From assembly GCA_965198225.1 (NCBI GenBank), contig CBDAOY010000006.1, positions 192,001 through 256,000 of the forward strand: a stretch of 64,000 nucleotides of DNA. Reading direction: 5' to 3'. How positions within the stretch are numbered: position 1 is the stretch's first letter; each line of letters starts with the position of its first letter. A program made the position numbers and the translations under genes. Below are positions 62,648 through 64,000 of this stretch, in pieces. This DNA comes from Terriglobia bacterium (GTDB lineage: Bacteria; Acidobacteriota; Terriglobia; 20CM-2-55-15). The notes beneath the pieces were generated by a model. That model was not told where the DNA came from. It saw only the letters and a list, made by a program, of their open reading frames with translations, and ran no database searches.

Positions 62648-63889
62648 ATGAAACGTTTCGCCCTCGTCTGGACCCTGCTGGCCACCCTCGCGGCCACAGC
62701 CCTGGAACGCGAGCCGCTCGAACAGTACAAGCAACGAAGGCAAAAACTGGCGTCGCAGGTGGACGGTGTCATCGTCCTGTTTGCGGCACCGGCCGAGGAC
62801 CTGGTCCAGTACCAGCAGGAAGACAACTTCTACTACCTGACGGGGTTCGACGAGCCCGCGGCAATCCTGCTTCTCGACGGCACCGGTGACGGTCTCGAGG
62901 AGATTCTGTTCATCCCCCAGCGTGACCTCGATGAAGAACGCTGGACCGGTGAGAAACTCGGTCCCGGTCCACGCGCCGTATCCGAGACCGGCGTGACGAG
63001 GGTCGAAGCGCTGGAAAGGTTTGCCTCGCGGTTTGAACGCACGCTGGAGAAGGGTCATACGGTCTACACGCTGACGGATCAGGAAGACAATGTCTCGAGA
63101 CTGCGTGAGGTCGCTCCAGACGCCGACATCGAGAACCTCGCCCCGACGCTGGCTCTCGACCGCCAGGTCAAGACGGCGTCCGAGCTGGTGATCCTCACGA
63201 AGGCTATCGACATCACGATGAAGGCCCAAGCGGCCGCGGCCGGTGTCATCGCTCCGGACGTGGGCGAGTATGAAGTCGAAGCGATGATCGAGTACGAATT
63301 CCGACGCAACGGCGCCGAACGGCCCGGCTTCCCCTCGATCGTCGGCTCCGGCCCGAATGCGACGATCCTGCACTACGATCGCAACACCCGAAAAATGGCG
63401 GCGGGCGACCTCGTTGTCGCCGATGTCGGCGCCGAGTACGGAGGCTACACCGCGGACATCACGCGGACCTATCCGGTCAGTGGCAAGTTTAGCCAACGAC
63501 AGAGGGAGATCTACCAGATCGTCCTGGACGCCCAGAAAGCGGCACTGGAACGGGTCAAGCCTGGAGCGACAATCGGAGGACGCGGGTCGAGGAGTATCCA
63601 TGCAGCGGCTCGGGAACACATCCAGTCGAAGGGCTACGGAGACTACTTTATCCACGGAACGAGCCACCACATCGGTCTCGAAGTTCATGATGTGGGACCC
63701 GTCGGTCGTCCGCTCGAGGCCAACATGGTCATCACGGTCGAACCCGGGATTTACATCCCGGATGAGAACATCGGGGTCCGCATCGAAGACGACGTCCTGG
63801 TGACGAAAACGGGATATCGGATACTGTCGGACTTTCCCCGGGAAATCGATGAGATCGAGGCGCTGATGGCGCGGCAGCGAAACCAGTAG
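62648..63889 (+). CDS. pepP: Xaa-Pro aminopeptidase (M24B), with signal peptide
   Basis: FYYLTGF, LHY, DVGAEY..ADITRT, HGTSHHIGLEVHD, TVEPGIY, GVRIEDD. Confidence 0.92.
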   Translation: MKRFALVWTLLATLAATALEREPLEQYKQRRQKLASQVDGVIVLFAAPAEDLVQYQQEDNFYYLTGFDEPAAILLLDGTGDGLEEILFIPQRDLDEERWTGEKLGPGPRAVSETGVTRVEALERFASRFERTLEKGHTVYTLTDQEDNVSRLREVAPDADIENLAPTLALDRQVKTASELVILTKAIDITMKAQAAAAGVIAPDVGEYEVEAMIEYEFRRNGAERPGFPSIVGSGPNATILHYDRNTRKMAAGDLVVADVGAEYGGYTADITRTYPVSGKFSQRQREIYQIVLDAQKAALERVKPGATIGGRGSRSIHAAAREHIQSKGYGDYFIHGTSHHIGLEVHDVGPVGRPLEANMVITVEPGIYIPDENIGVRIEDDVLVTKTGYRILSDFPREIDEIEALMARQRNQ

Positions 63890-63908
63890 AATGTCGAAAG
63901 AAGATCTC

Positions 63909-63967
63909 AACCACGGAGACACGGAGGCGCGGAACGAGAAAACTCGAAGACTCCGTGCCTCTGAGGT
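63909..63967. repeat. Nonamer-periodic inverted repeat after pepP
   Basis: aaccacggagacacggaggcgcgga ... ctccgtgcctctgaggt. Confidence 0.7.
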
Positions 63968-64000
63968 CTAAGGACAGGCCACTAGTATCAACACGGAAGG

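Overview
GC-rich bacterial chromosomal segment. Gene content (carboxypeptidase-regulatory-domain TonB-dependent receptors, Hanks kinase, short PheT, larB-mutS2-dnaG-rpoD) suggests Acidobacteriota; this is an inference. The left half (1-30 kb) is accessory/metabolic: malate synthase, a frameshifted truncated globin, a lipoprotein HpcH-type aldolase, acyl-CoA ligase plus crotonase, flap endonuclease, bacterioferritin-like protein, Ser/Thr kinase, oadGAB, a secreted two-gene pair, a deletion-collapsed TAXI/histidine kinase/response regulator operon, two paralogous TonB-dependent receptors, an S9 peptidase and a UGA-recoded DUF3179 selenoprotein. The right half is core housekeeping: thrS, infC-rpmI-rplT-pheST-zapBA-6S RNA-ymdB-ffh-rpsP-khpA-rimM-trmD-rplS, pyr genes, leuS, rnhA, tRNA-Ile2, rpoD, dnaG, mutS2, larB, a UbiA-family gene and pepP. 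Most notable are (1) a secreted Ig-like-repeat protein ending in a magnetochrome-type heme motif (PH-x5-CxxCH), co-oriented with a Tat-exported alkaline-phosphatase-fold protein and with no magnetosome genes in the window; (2) a U-x-x-C selenoprotein with a clear SECIS hairpin; (3) a dense layer of intergenic elements: GTAG-type REPs/REPINs with shared cargo blocks, ~275-bp MITEs, and sequence-diverse hairpins with 7-nt and 9-nt periodicity. Family assignments come from motif recognition only; no searches were run.
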